DNA of 64,000 nt, taken from the NCBI GenBank assembly GCA_004431415.1, contig QPMI01000168.1, forward strand, positions 124,001 to 188,000, read 5' to 3'. The notes beneath the pieces were generated by a model. It made no database searches. It was not told the origin of the DNA and worked only from the letters and a program-made list of their open reading frames with translations. Below, piece after piece: positions 1 to 11,457 of this stretch; position 1 is the stretch's first letter; every line of letters begins with the position of its first letter. A program made the translations under genes and the position numbers. Source of the DNA: Cyanophora paradoxa CCMP329 (Eukaryota > Plantae > Glaucophyta).

Positions 1-68
1 CTGAAACTCGAAAGCAGATGAAGAGACATAAAAAAACTTTGAAAGGCCATGGTGAGAATGAGCATGAG
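1..68 (-). pseudogene. Decayed copy of the 3' end of the TMEM128-like CDS
   Basis: aagcagatgaagagacataaaaaa[actttgaa]aggccatggtgagaatgagcatga matches 15233-15279 with an 8-nt insertion. Confidence 0.8.
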
Positions 69-99
69 AACGGCTGGCCTGGCGGCGCGGCGCCGCGGC

Positions 100-216
100 G
101 GCTGGCCAGCAATTGCTGGTGGGCTGGGCCTGCAGCAGCAGGGCAGCGGTGTTCATCCCACGCTTGTGGCCGCCTGAGCCCGGCCTTGCAATTGTGATTT
201 GGTTCATTTCCAAATG
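100..216 (+). repeat. Dispersed repeat family copy
   Basis: tgctggtgggctgggcc...catcccacgcttgt...gcccggccttgc...ccaaatg; shared blocks with 14852-15024, 31016-31163 and the reverse complement of 28376-28478. Confidence 0.7.
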
Positions 217-546
217 CTCTGAGATGCACTCAATTCTCATATGCATTTCCGGAGTCTGGCCCAGTGGGCCGCAAAAGCGTAGACCGCACCTGTCCTCTAT
301 CAAAGTCTTAGTGTTGTAGTCGGGGGGCCGAGGGCTGGGTTTCGCTGCTACGCTTTAGCTAGTTATGCATTAGCGATCATGTACATCACTTCTCACGCCA
401 TATAGATCTCGACTTCAATTTTGAGCTGGCGCCGGCTTTTCAGTGGATTCCTGTGGGTGGCGTAGATTTAGGTAATCTGCCCGGCTGCTAGTCTCCAGCC
501 AGCTAGCTGAAATCGCGATTATGATTTGCAATTATCTTGTCGATTT

Positions 547-1897
547 TCATCGTTTAAATGGCAGACCGTCTATCTCTTTCAGGGAGGGGGCCTTCTCTAG
601 CAGCTTCTGCTTGTAAGCAGGAAGTTTGCTTAAGGGGTTCCCCTCGAGGTACACGCAATTCAGCCTGCACATGCCCTCCAGCTCAGAAAGCTCCTCGAGC
701 GACTCTAACTGATTGTCATTCATCTGTGCAGTGTTAAGGACTACGCAAAGCAGTAGAAGAAGCACACACCCAGAACTCCTCCATGGCAGTGAGATGGCGA
801 ACGTTCTCAAGGACCTTGATTTGATTGGCGGAGACATCGAGCACACGCAATGAAATCTGCATGCAAAGATGTCAATCAAGATTTGACAACCATGGCAGAA
901 AGATAACTACAAACCAGTGTGTCGAAACCCTCCAGCTTTGAGATTCCTGTGGCAGCAATCACATGATATATTCAAAACCCGGCGAGCAAACCGCATACCA
1001 TTATGACTTAGATAGAGTTCTGTCAGATTCACAAGCGCTTCAAGGCCTGCAAGCTTCGTGATCCTGTTACTTTGAAGACTCAAGCGCTGGAGATTAGGCA
1101 AGCCTGACAACCTCTGCAACCGAATTGGCATCGCTATGAATAGGTGAGATAAGCAAAGTGAACCTCGATGCATGAGATCTTGTTGCGCCCAAGCCAAAGA
1201 TTTTCCAGCTCGCACAGCTTGTCAAGACCATTGATCTCCTGTGATCATGTGTGAGGCACGTGCTGCTTGAAATGCCGACATGCACAGACGCACGCGTATC
1301 CTGTTGCTTCCAAGCTCTAGAGTCTTCAACTTTGTTAGGCAGGCGAGCGTTGCGGAGTCTATGGAGGAGATTTTGTTGCTGAAAGACGTTGTTGGCGAGG
1401 GCATGAATTCGCAGGGGGGGTTTGCGCGCCTGCATAAGTACAGCGTTTGGAGTTCCGTCATGTGCTTAATCGAACCCATGGAACGCATCTCGTTGTACGA
1501 CAGATCGAGATGCCTGCGGGCAGCTGAGACAGGCAACCAGCCAGGCGTTTCAACAAGACGAACGTTAAAGACGCGAGCGACTCCAGACCGGTCTCCGCGG
1601 ATGTTAAGCGGTTCCCATACAGGTCTAGATGCTTCAGCGACGAGAGTGCGGAGAGGCCTTCAATTTTCTCAATTAGGTTCTGTCGTAGTTTGAGCGCCTA
1701 CGCAGCGCGTCAGTCTCCGGAGCGCGGGACGGCGCGATGCGTACCTCAATCCTCGTGAGATGGTCTAGCCCCTCGATCGTTTTCAGGCGGTTGCAGGTCA
1801 GGTCTAGCTCCCGCAACGTCGACGGCAGCTCGAGTTCAGATATGCTCTTGTGGTCGTGCCCCGCGGCATCGTAGATCTCAGCGTCGCCGACTTCCAT
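547..1897 (-). CDS. SDS22: Leucine-rich repeat protein, PP1 regulatory subunit SDS22/PPP1R7-like (multi-exon)
   Basis: Repeats LRELDLTCNRLKTIEGL, HLDLSYNEMR, LELGSNRIR, LSLQSNRITKLAGLEAL; C-terminal cap VYLEGNPL...LKEIDG. Confidence 0.85.
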
Positions 1898-2080
1898 GGC
1901 GCCCAGAGCGCTTCGACGGCGCTAGCGTCCACGTCAAGCTGTGCCCGGCGCGACCCGTTTGCCACGGCTGCGCTGCACCTCGTTGTCGTGTGCGCGGCCC
2001 GCGCTCTGCGGCAGAGCTGCTGGAGCTGCGAATCCTGTTACGATGCACGTGACGGGTACACCGCGCGAAGGATCCGTTCA

Positions 2081-3773
2081 ATGGCGAAGGCGTCGAAGAA
2101 GAAGCCGGCAAAGGCTGCGAAGGCCGAGGCCGTGAAGGCCGAGGACGCCAACAAGGAAGAGCCGAAGACCGAATCGACCTCGGGGGAGGCGAAGCAGGCG
2201 CGCGGAACCAAGTCGGCCACCAAAAAAGAGTCTGGCAAGCGCGCGCGGAGCGAGGAGCCGAAACCTGGTGCGTGCGTAATAGCATTCGACATCGATCAGC
2301 CGGATCGCGAGCGCCGGGCGTGCGCGTACGCGCTGCTCGTTTCTCCATTCTGTGACTCGCGCGTGCGTGCGAGCAGACGAGTACGTGGAGGACAAGGAGG
2401 AAGTTTGGCGCAATGTAAGCCCGTCTTCGGTCTCGCACCAAGGGGGGACGAATTTTTGCGCTCGCAGGTCTTCCTCGTCGGGACTGAGTGGGACCAGCTT
2501 GACGACGTGTACGCCAAGTATAAGTGGAATTTCGATCATCTAGACGAGGCGCTTGAGGAGGTCTGCGGGCTCCAGCGCTCATTCGCATTGCGCGTCACAC
2601 AGTTGCCGGCAGGGCGAGCTTAGCGCTAACGATTCCCAGCGCGGCAACGAGTCCGTCTACCTTTTCGGAACGACAGAACGTACGTATGAGCCCGGCCTTC
2701 GTGGTCTCGAAGATTTATACGTGCCACACAGCCCAGCTTATCCAAGTTCATGAAGATGAGACGAAGCCCAAGCTCGTTGTCCCTGTGCCAGTCATTGTGG
2801 CGATTCGAAGTGCAGTCCGCCCTCCAGAGATGCTCGGCATCAAGTCGGTGCAAATGGAGAAAGAGAGTATTGTCCCCATGAAGCAGTTCAAGATGGGCTG
2901 GGTCGAGCAGTTTGAGCCAACTCGTGACCCCAGCAAGTGCGGACTTCTTGCAGTCGGAAAAAAATTAGCACTAATTTCCTCGTATTTTACGCAGGAAAAA
3001 ACGTCAGAAGTCTGCTTCGAGGTCACTGTATGTGCTTGGCTGTGTTCAGCGCAAGGCATCTCTCCACATCCTCCGGGAGGAGCGTGTGAAGAACTTCGAG
3101 TACTGCCTGCCATATATCCTTTTCGCTGGAGAATCTTTTTAGCTTCCCGAAGCCCTTCACTAGACCTTGACCACTGGTGTCCACATATCTTCTTCCCACA
3201 CAAAGCAGAAACCGAGGATGCAACGGCTGACACAGTTGTCAATGTTGTCCGCACCATTGACGGCAAGGGCCTGGTTTTCGACTATGACTGGGAAATGGAT
3301 GAACTCGATGTGCGTGCACTTTAGACTGCAGCAAATCGCAGGCTGTCCCTAATTTTCAGGATGCAGGACTTCACAAAGGAGATTATGGAGTCACACGAGT
3401 TGCCCCCGGCGTCTATGGATGAAGTGAGGGACGCTATCCGGGAGGAGGTGAAAGCTGCCAAGCAGCGTATCAAGGAGGTCTCTTCATCTCTGTAGTAATA
3501 CCCCTTCTGTCTCCGTCTCAATGAACTGCTTTTTCTTTTGCAGGAGAAGGAAGCCAGAAAAAAGAAGATTGAGGCTTTCTCACCGGAGGAGAGAGAAGCC
3601 CTCAAAAATATCAAGCTCCTGAAATTCTACCCCACGAACAAGATTCCGGACGTCTCACAAGTCAAGGTCAGATCCCGCTCTCCTACATTTGTTTTCGGCA
3701 CTGAATCCTTTTCCTCCGCCATCAGTCCACCTACATCAACCGCTATTATGGGCACGCACAGAAAGTCTTGTAG
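2081..3773 (+). CDS. HIT4: HEAT-INTOLERANT 4 (HIT4)-like protein
   Basis: VFLVGTEWDQLD..KWNFDHLDEALEE, VYLFGTTE.QL, GIKSVQMEKESIVPMKQFKMGW, FEYCLPY, FDYDWEMDELD, KFYP...YINRYYG resemble plant HIT4. Confidence 0.85.
3114..3184 (+). other. U12-type AT-AC intron in HIT4-like gene (second copy 6528-6598)
   Basis: 5' ATATCCTTTT, branch CCTTGAC at 3165-3171, 3' CCAC; removal restores YCLPYIFFP. Confidence 0.93.
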
Positions 3774-4114
3774 CTTGCATAGTGAGATGTCGGGTCCTGG
3801 TAAAGCAGCAGTGGTGATAATTGTTATATAACGTTCAGGGCAATTGCAGGTGAAGTTTGCCGGATGTCGACAGCATTTCCCGCACAGTTTCGTAGTCTGG
3901 GGTACCTTCCCGTGACAGAGGTTTAACAAGGGGTTTCTTAGGGTCCTTATCCGAAACCCCGTTTCCCCGACCTCTTCAAAACCCGGGCTGCATGGTACAT
4001 CCTGGGATCCCGAAACCGTGTTGCTCGATCCCGTCCGACAACATCCGGGACAAAAACGGGCATGAACATCCAGGGCAAAGGTGTCCAGGAGTTTCAGGCC
4101 TTTCAGCCCTCCCG

Positions 4115-4310
4115 TTAATGCCCTCCCTCCTGTTCCTCCTCCTGCTGAGATAGGTCGAAGATTGCCTTCGGCTGGGTCTCTTGATATGCCTGTATATCCA
4201 AATGTCACCTTCCACAATTCGACAGCGGGAAAGAAGTGCATACCTTGGTGAAGAATGGATCCTCTTCTGCTGCTTTGGCATATTTCAAGATAGCTTCGCG
4301 AGGGTCCTCG
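4115..4310 (-). pseudogene. Duplicated last exons of WDR70 (fragment inside duplication unit 1)
   Basis: Same sequence as 7527-7722 (EDPREAILKYAKAAEEDPFFTK/AYQETQP). Confidence 0.85.
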
Positions 4311-5312
4311 GCAGAAAGATAACTACAAACCAGTGTGTCGAAACCCTCCAGCTTTGAGATTCCTGTGGCAGCAATCACATGATATATTCAAAACCCGGCG
4401 AGCAAACCGCATACCATTATGACTTAGATAGAGTTCTGTCAGATTCACAAGCGCTTCAAGGCCTGCAAGCTTCGTGATCCTGTTACTTTGAAGACTCAAG
4501 CGCTGGAGATTAGGCAAGCCTGACAACCTCTGCAACCGAATTGGCATCGCTATGAATAGGTGAGATAAGCAAAGTGAACCTCGATGCATGAGATCTTGTT
4601 GCGCCCAAGCCAAAGATTTTCCAGCTCGCACAGCTTGTCAAGACCATTGATCTCCTGTGATCATGTGTGAGGCACGTGCTGCTTGAAATGCCGACATGCA
4701 CAGACGCACGCGTATCCTGTTGCTTCCAAGCTCTAGAGTCTTCAACTTTGTTAGGCAGGCGAGCGTTGCGGAGTCTATGGAGGAGATTTTGTTGCTGAAA
4801 GACGTTGTTGGCGAGGGCATGAATTCGCAGGGGGGGTTTGCGCGCCTGCATAAGTACAGCGTTTGGAGTTCCGTCATGTGCTTAATCGAACCCATGGAAC
4901 GCATCTCGTTGTACGACAGATCGAGATGCCTGCGGGCAGCTGAGACAGGCAACCAGCCAGGCGTTTCAACAAGACGAACGTTAAAGACGCGAGCGACTCC
5001 AGACCGGTCTCCGCGGATGTTAAGCGGTTCCCATACAGGTCTAGATGCTTCAGCGACGAGAGTGCGGAGAGGCCTTCAATTTTCTCAATTAGGTTCTGTC
5101 GTAGTTTGAGCGCCTACGCAGCGCGTCAGTCTCCGGAGCGCGGGACGGCGCGATGCGTACCTCAATCCTCGTGAGATGGTCTAGCCCTCGATCGTTTTCA
5201 GGCGGTTGCAGGTCAGGTCTAGCTCCCGCAACGTCGACGGCAGCTCGAGTTCAGATATGCTCTTGTGGTCGTGCCCCGCGGCATCGTAGATCTCAGCGTC
5301 GCCGACTTCCAT
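4311..5312 (-). pseudogene. 3'-truncated, frameshifted second copy of SDS22
   Basis: Copy of 895-1897 lacking the terminal exons; 1-nt loss (ctagccctcg vs ctagcccctcg) in exon 1. Confidence 0.8.
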
Positions 5313-5495
5313 GGCGCCCAGAGCGCTTCGACGGCGCTAGCGTCCACGTCAAGCTGTGCCCGGCGCGACCCGTTTGCCACGGCTGCGCTGCACCTCGTTG
5401 TCGTGTGCGCGGCCCGCGCTCTGCGGCAGAGCTGCTGGAGCTGCGAATCCTGTTACGATGCACGTGACGGGTTCACCGCGCGAAGGATCCGTTCA

Positions 5496-7187
5496 ATGGC
5501 GAAGGCGTCGAAGAAGAAGCCGGCAAAGGCTGCGAAGGCCGAGGCCGTGAAGGCCGAGGACGCCAACAAGGAAGAGCCGAAGACCGAATCGACCTCGGGG
5601 GAGGCGAAGCAGGCGCGCGGAACCAAGTCGGCCACCAAAAAAGAGTCTGGCAAGCGCGCGCGGAGCGAGGAGCCGAAACCTGGTGCGTGCGTAATAGCAT
5701 TCGACATCGATCAGCCGGATCGCGAGCGCCGGGCGTGCGCGTACGCGCTGCTCGTTTCTCCATTCTGTGACTCGCGCGTGCGTGCGAGCAGACGAGTACG
5801 TGGAGGACAAGGAGGAAGTTTGGCGCAATGTAAGCCCGTCTTCGGTCTCGCACCAAGGGGGGACGAATTTTTGCGCTCGCAGGTCTTCCTCGTCGGGACT
5901 GAGTGGGACCAGCTTGACGACGTGTACGCCAAGTATAAGTGGAATTTCGATCATCTAGACGAGGCGCTTGAGGAGGTCTGCGGGCTCCAGCGCTCATTCG
6001 CATTGCGCGTCACACAGTTGCCGGCAGGGCGAGCTTAGCGCTAACGATTCCCAGCGCGGCAACGAGTCCGTCTACCTTTTCGGAACGACAGAACGTACGT
6101 ATGAGCCCGGCCTTCGTGGTCTCGAAGATTTATACGTGCCACACAGCCCAGCTTATCCAAGTTCATGAAGATGAGACGAAGCCAAGCTCGTTGTCCCTGT
6201 GCCAGTCATTGTGGCGATTCGAAGTGCAGTCCGCCTCCAGAGATGCTCGGCATCAAGTCGGTGCAAATGGAGAAAGAGAGTATTGTCCCCATGAAGCAGT
6301 TCAAGATGGGCTGGGTCGAGCAGTTTGAGCCAACTCGTGACCCCAGCAAGTGCGGACTTCTTGCAGTCGGAAAAAAAATTAGCACTAATTTCCTCGTATT
6401 TTACGCAGGAAAAAACGTCAGAAGTCTGCTTCGAGGTCACTGTATGTGCTTGGCTGTGTTCAGCGCAAGGCATCTCTCCACATCCTCCGGGAGGAGCGTG
6501 TGAAGAACTTCGAGTACTGCCTGCCATATATCCTTTTCGCTGGAGAATCTTTTTAGCTTCCCGAAGCCCTTCACTAGACCTTGACCACTGGTGTCCACAT
6601 ATCTTCTTCCCACACAAAGCAGAAACCGAGGATGCAACGGCTGACACAGTTGTCAATGTTGTCCGCACCATTGACGGCAAGGGCCTGGTTTTCGACTATG
6701 ACTGGGAAATGGATGAACTCGATGTGCGTGCACTTTAGACTGCAGCAAATCGCAGGCTGTCCCTAATTTTCAGGATGCAGGACTTCACAAAGGAGATTAT
6801 GGAGTCACACGAGTTGCCCCCGGCGTCTATGGATGAAGTGAGGGACGCTATCCGGGAGGAGGTGAAAGCTGCCAAGCAGCGTATCAAGGAGGTCTCTTCA
6901 TCTCTGTAGTAATACCCCTTCTGTCTCCGTCTCAATGAACTGCTTTTTCTTTTGCAGGAGAAGGAAGCCAGAAAAAAGAAGATTGAGGCTTTCTCACCGG
7001 AGGAGAGAGAAGCCCTCAAAAATATCAAGCTCCTGAAATTCTACCCCACGAACAAGATTCCGGACGTCTCACAAGTCAAGGTCAGATCCCGCTCTCCTAC
7101 ATTTGTTTTCGGCACTGAATCCTTTTCCTCCGCCATCAGTCCACCTACATCAACCGCTATTATGGGCACGCACAGAAAGTCTTGTAG
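5496..7187 (+). pseudogene. Second HIT4-like copy with apparent frameshifts
   Basis: Single C deletions near 6182 and 6234 inside a coding exon relative to copy 1; may be sequencing errors. Confidence 0.7.
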
Positions 7188-7526
7188 CTTGCATAGTGAG
7201 ATGTCGGGTCCTGGTAAAGCAGCAGTGGTGATAATTGTTATATAACGTTCAGGGCAATTGCAGGTGAAGTTTGCCGGATGTCGACAGCATTTCCCGCACA
7301 GTTTCGTAGTCTGGGGTACCTTCCCGTGACAGAGGTTTAACAAGGGTTTCTTAGGGTCCTTATCCGAAACCCCGTTTCCCCGACCTCTTCAAAACCCGGG
7401 CTGCATGGTACATCCTGGATCCCGAAACCGTGTTGCTCGATCCCGTCCGACAACATCCGGGACAAAAACGGGCATGAACATCCAGGGCAAAGGTGTCCAG
7501 GAGTTTCAGGCCTTTCAGCCCTCCCG

Positions 7527-10500
7527 TTAATGCCCTCCCTCCTGTTCCTCCTCCTGCTGAGATAGGTCGAAGATTGCCTTCGGCTGGGTCTCTTGATATG
7601 CCTGTATATCCAAATGTCACCTTCCACAATTCGACAGCGGGAAAGAAGTGCATACCTTGGTGAAGAATGGATCCTCTTCTGCTGCTTTGGCATATTTCAA
7701 GATAGCTTCGCGAGGGTCCTCGCCTGGCGTAACCGAGTGAGAACACAAGATTCTTCCACGCTAGCCATACACGATTCCGCCAGACGAACCGTCCTTTGCC
7801 TTCTTCTCGGTCATGCCCATACTCTTGAGCAGTGCATGCTGGAAGTTCATCCCAGGACGCCCGCCATGGCCAGCACCCTGCGATTGAGAGACACCAAAGT
7901 GAGTACCCCGTACCATTCAGTGGCATAAAATGGACTACATTGATTGGTGGGTCCGGGCGCCGCAGCTTGCGTGGATCTCGATAACCCTCCTCCCGCCTCT
8001 TCCGCTTCAATTCTCTCCGCTCTTCAGGATTGACGATGTCCCTGCACAAAGAATAACTGAACGGAGAACCAGAGTGCACGAGATAGGCGCACTTCTCGCG
8101 AGGAATGAAGATGTCATCAGCTGCCGTCTTTCTCGGCTCCCGTGTAACACACAGCATTGCACCCTTCTCGGACATCGATGGGTTGTACAAGATCCGAGTC
8201 TTCCCATCTGAACACGTAGCAAGAATCTGATTGATTTTCTGGTGCCACTTCGTCCGAATGACACTTCCTGTGACACCTGAGACACGAGCACATGTCAGTT
8301 GGTGTACAACGCCACATGACTAGAACAATCGAGCGCACTAAGTTTCTGGACGATCTCGAGTGTCTGCCTGTCGATGAAAACAAGAGACCCATTGCCCTCG
8401 CCTTTCTTCACAGATGTACCTGAACATTTTGATAAGCTCATGCTGGCCATATAAACAATGCGTAACAAAAGACCAGTAAATATGAGGCGCTCGTCGGGAC
8501 TGAAGCCACAGTCCGTGTGTGCGTACAAATTTGGAAGACCCGTGTGCACTTTAAGTGGCTTCTTGAAATTGCGCACATCCCAGACTGTCGAGCAGCGCCA
8601 CATGAGATAGTGGACTGAGATCGCAGACAGAAGCTGTACCTTTCACAGTGTCGTCACCGCCACGGGAAACAAGCGTTTGCGAGTTGCGGGCAAAGAGCAG
8701 GCATGAAGTTTCCGTGCCAGGACCGTGTGCAGTGTAGATAACCTGACCGGAAAAACTCATCAGATGTCACCACATGACAAGGTGTCGACACAAACCTGTG
8801 CAGGACGGTGACACTGGCCCCTTGGATCGAACAGCTGGATAGAGCCATCAATGCAAGCTGTTTTGATTTGCGCGATTAAAGGAAAACACATGAGGTGCCA
8901 AAAAATGAAGGTTCACGAACCTCCCGCAACAATTGTAGCACAGGGGCTGTAGGCACATGAATATGGCACGGTCTTGTGGCCAGTCTGCGCTTTCAGTTTG
9001 ATAACTTGCTTCTGCTTCTCGTCCGCTGTTTCGACGTTCCAGATCCTAGGACCCAGAAATCGATTGCATGCACAAGCTGAAGAGACACGAGATCTCGAAC
9101 CGAATTGTTGCATCATCTGCACAAGAAAGCACGCCATTTTTGTCCGAAGGATGCCAATGGGCCATGTGTATCGTGTGGGTGTGGCCTCTGCGAAGCAACA
9201 TCGTCAACGGTATCACCTTGGCAGGGCAAGATCATTGCGCACTTAGTATGAGCCATGTCGTTCAAGTACATGTCGCCCTTCACGAACTCTTTCCTATTGA
9301 GAAAGTGTGAGGGGAGGGAAACCAATCACGGGCATCTCAGGGCAGTTGCTGTCCATCTCGAGCAGCGACTCGATGGCTCTAAAGAATATGTGTGAACGCA
9401 CTTGTCCTTTCCGTCGCGATCAATGATCTTCAGCTTAGCAGCCGCACTCGCAACGAGAATCTCTGCACCAGTCAAACTGAACTGTAGCTGGCGGATCTGG
9501 AAGACCATGCTTTGTCACAGTGTCGATGAGAAAATTTCATTATGCGAATTACCTGATGAGATTCACAGGGTTCTGAGCTCCTGAATGGGCGCATACTCCT
9601 GTCCATGCCTGCGAAGTCGTACAACTTCACGAAGAAGTCAAATCCGCCAGTTGCTACACGAGCGCCTGCGGGATCTATTCCCAAGGCAGTGATTGCCTGT
9701 AGAAGCATCAGCTCGAAAGCGAAACTACAGTGGCAACGAACTCGTGCCTTCGTGTGCCCCTGCAAAACTGCCTCATGGCTGCATGGAATGCGATACGAAT
9801 CCTCTGGTTCGCTATCGTCCTCCTGGTCACCATCGTCGCTATCGGATAAATTCTCGGTGCCAGGTGGTGGTCTCCGTGGGCCCACGTCATCCTGCTCCGT
9901 GTCCGCTCTGCAACGGCGGTAAGCTTGTACGCGCATGCGCAGCGTGCTGCGCTCGCGTACGCACGGCGCATTCTGTTCTGATCCGCTTCCCGGCATAACA
10001 GTCGGCTGGGTGCTCGCCTTTGCGATCGCTTGCGCTTCAGCGATGGCGGCCAGGCGAGCTTTCTTTTCTTTCTCGGCCGCCGCCTGCGATCAGGGGGTGG
10101 GATTGCATGCGGCGATTGCATCTTGCAAACCCCACCAATGCGCGGACCTTGCGCGACGCCAGATCGCTGGCGGGGGCGCGGGCGAATGAATCGTGGACCT
10201 CAGCAAGCTTTACTTCGGGCCCTTTCGCTTTTCCGAACCCCGACGGGAACTGGTTTCTGAAATCCATTTCGCTGGCATCAAATAACTCTACTTCGGCGCC
10301 CTTGGGAACTGCGGGCGATGTTTGTATGCGAGGAAGCGCTCGGCCCGCGCGCCAATCTTTGCACCGCGCACCCGTGGACGGTGCGGGATGGGGCTTGGAA
10401 GAACTGGGACGCTTCTCGTTGTCGTTATCGTCGTCGTCATCGTCGTCGTCGTCGTCGTCGACGTCGAACTTCCGGCGCTGCTGCGCCGCGGCCGCGCGCT

Positions 10501-10531
10501 TTGCGAGCTGCGCTTGTACAAGGCGATCCAT
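7527..10531 (-). CDS. WDR70: WD-repeat protein WDR70 (gastrulation defective 1 homolog)
   Basis: IPCSHEAVLQGHTK, LYDFAGMDRSMRPFR, FVKGDMYLNDMAHTKGH, LVSRGGDDTVK, FSPDERLIFTG, EDPREAILKYA. Confidence 0.93.
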
Positions 10532-10837
10532 CTTAGCTAGCTACCCGACCACAGCAGTCGAAGGCCGGCCTGCCAGGCCCTGCCTTCGTGGGAGGGTACG
10601 GGGTTTCGAGCGCTGCTGCCGCGCCGCTCGCAGTGTCGCGAGAGTTCGACAAAGGCGCCCTTCGCCACAGCGCTTGAGTGAGGCACTTGAAGCGCTTTAG
10701 CTAGTGACGAGAGGGACCGGAGGTGTGCGCGGCGCTTGCTGAAGCGGCGTCGGTCACTCCTGCAGTGCGCATTCTTTGTAACGAGCATGCTAGCGAAGCA
10801 GCGCGCTGACCACCCCCAGGCGCTGCGGCCGCATCCA

Positions 10838-11179
10838 ATGTCGACGTCGGTGTCCTCGTCTCGAGCGGCCCTGGCTCAGATTGCGGCGCGCATCTTTGGC
10901 AATCACGTCGCGGATGGGAGCTTGCGGACTGGCCGGAAGTTCTTGCAGAAGCCGCTAATCGGAGCGAAGCTTGCAGCGTACTTCCCAAACGACCCGCAGA
11001 ACTGGGGTGATGACGACTACCTCGACGACGAGGTTGAACGTCGTAAGGAAAAGCTTGCCTACCTGCGATCGAAGGTGCTTCTTCTGCTCTCTAGCGTCTT
11101 GCTCATGCTCATCGTGTTGAACGTCAATCAGGGCATCACCAGGCCAAAGAAGGGCGAGGGAAAGCGGTCGAAGAAGTAA
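10838..11179 (+). CDS. MRPS33: Mitochondrial small ribosomal subunit protein mS33/Rsm27
   Basis: ARIFGN...RTGRKFLQKPLIG..LAAYFP and C-terminal PKKGEGKR; one intron. Confidence 0.85.
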   Translation: MSTSVSSSRAALAQIAARIFGNHVADGSLRTGRKFLQKPLIGAKLAAYFPNDPQNWGDDDYLDDEVERRKEKLAYLRSKVLLLLSSVLLMLIVLNVNQGITRPKKGEGKRSKK

Positions 11180-11273
11180 TGCTATAGCGTAGATTGCTTG
11201 AATTGAATTTAGTCCGATCCCCGAGTCGGAAGCGAGTGAACAATTGATTGACGGCCTAGCATTCAGTCCGTGC

Positions 11274-11410
11274 GGGCACCTGTAGCTAGTGTCCGCAGGG
11301 AGGCGCATTGCTCTCTTAAGAGGGCCACCAGTTCGCTTGTGGGCTGAGCCCGCGGCTGCGGCGGCCGCAGTGTACCTTTTCCGCGGTTTGAATTCATGTC
11401 CAAAAGCTAG
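11274..11410 (+). repeat. Dispersed repeat family copy
   Basis: ggcacctgtagctagtgtccgcaggg...gtgggctg...gcagtgtac...gaattcatgtccaaaagctag aligns to 14852-15024. Confidence 0.8.
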
Positions 11411-11457
11411 AGATTGTTCCCGCAAAGACATTTACATTTGGGACAACGCGAGTCCCT

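Larger units (their letters stand above)
894..7722. repeat. Near-identical tandem duplication, unit about 3.41 kb (894-4310 and 4310-7722)
   Basis: Sequence from ggcagaaagataac to gagggtcctcg occurs twice; copies differ by one substitution seen and several 1-nt homopolymer indels. Confidence 0.97.

Noticed and set aside
10424-10466. (TCG)n microsatellite
   Set aside because: Encodes the poly-Asp tract of WDR70
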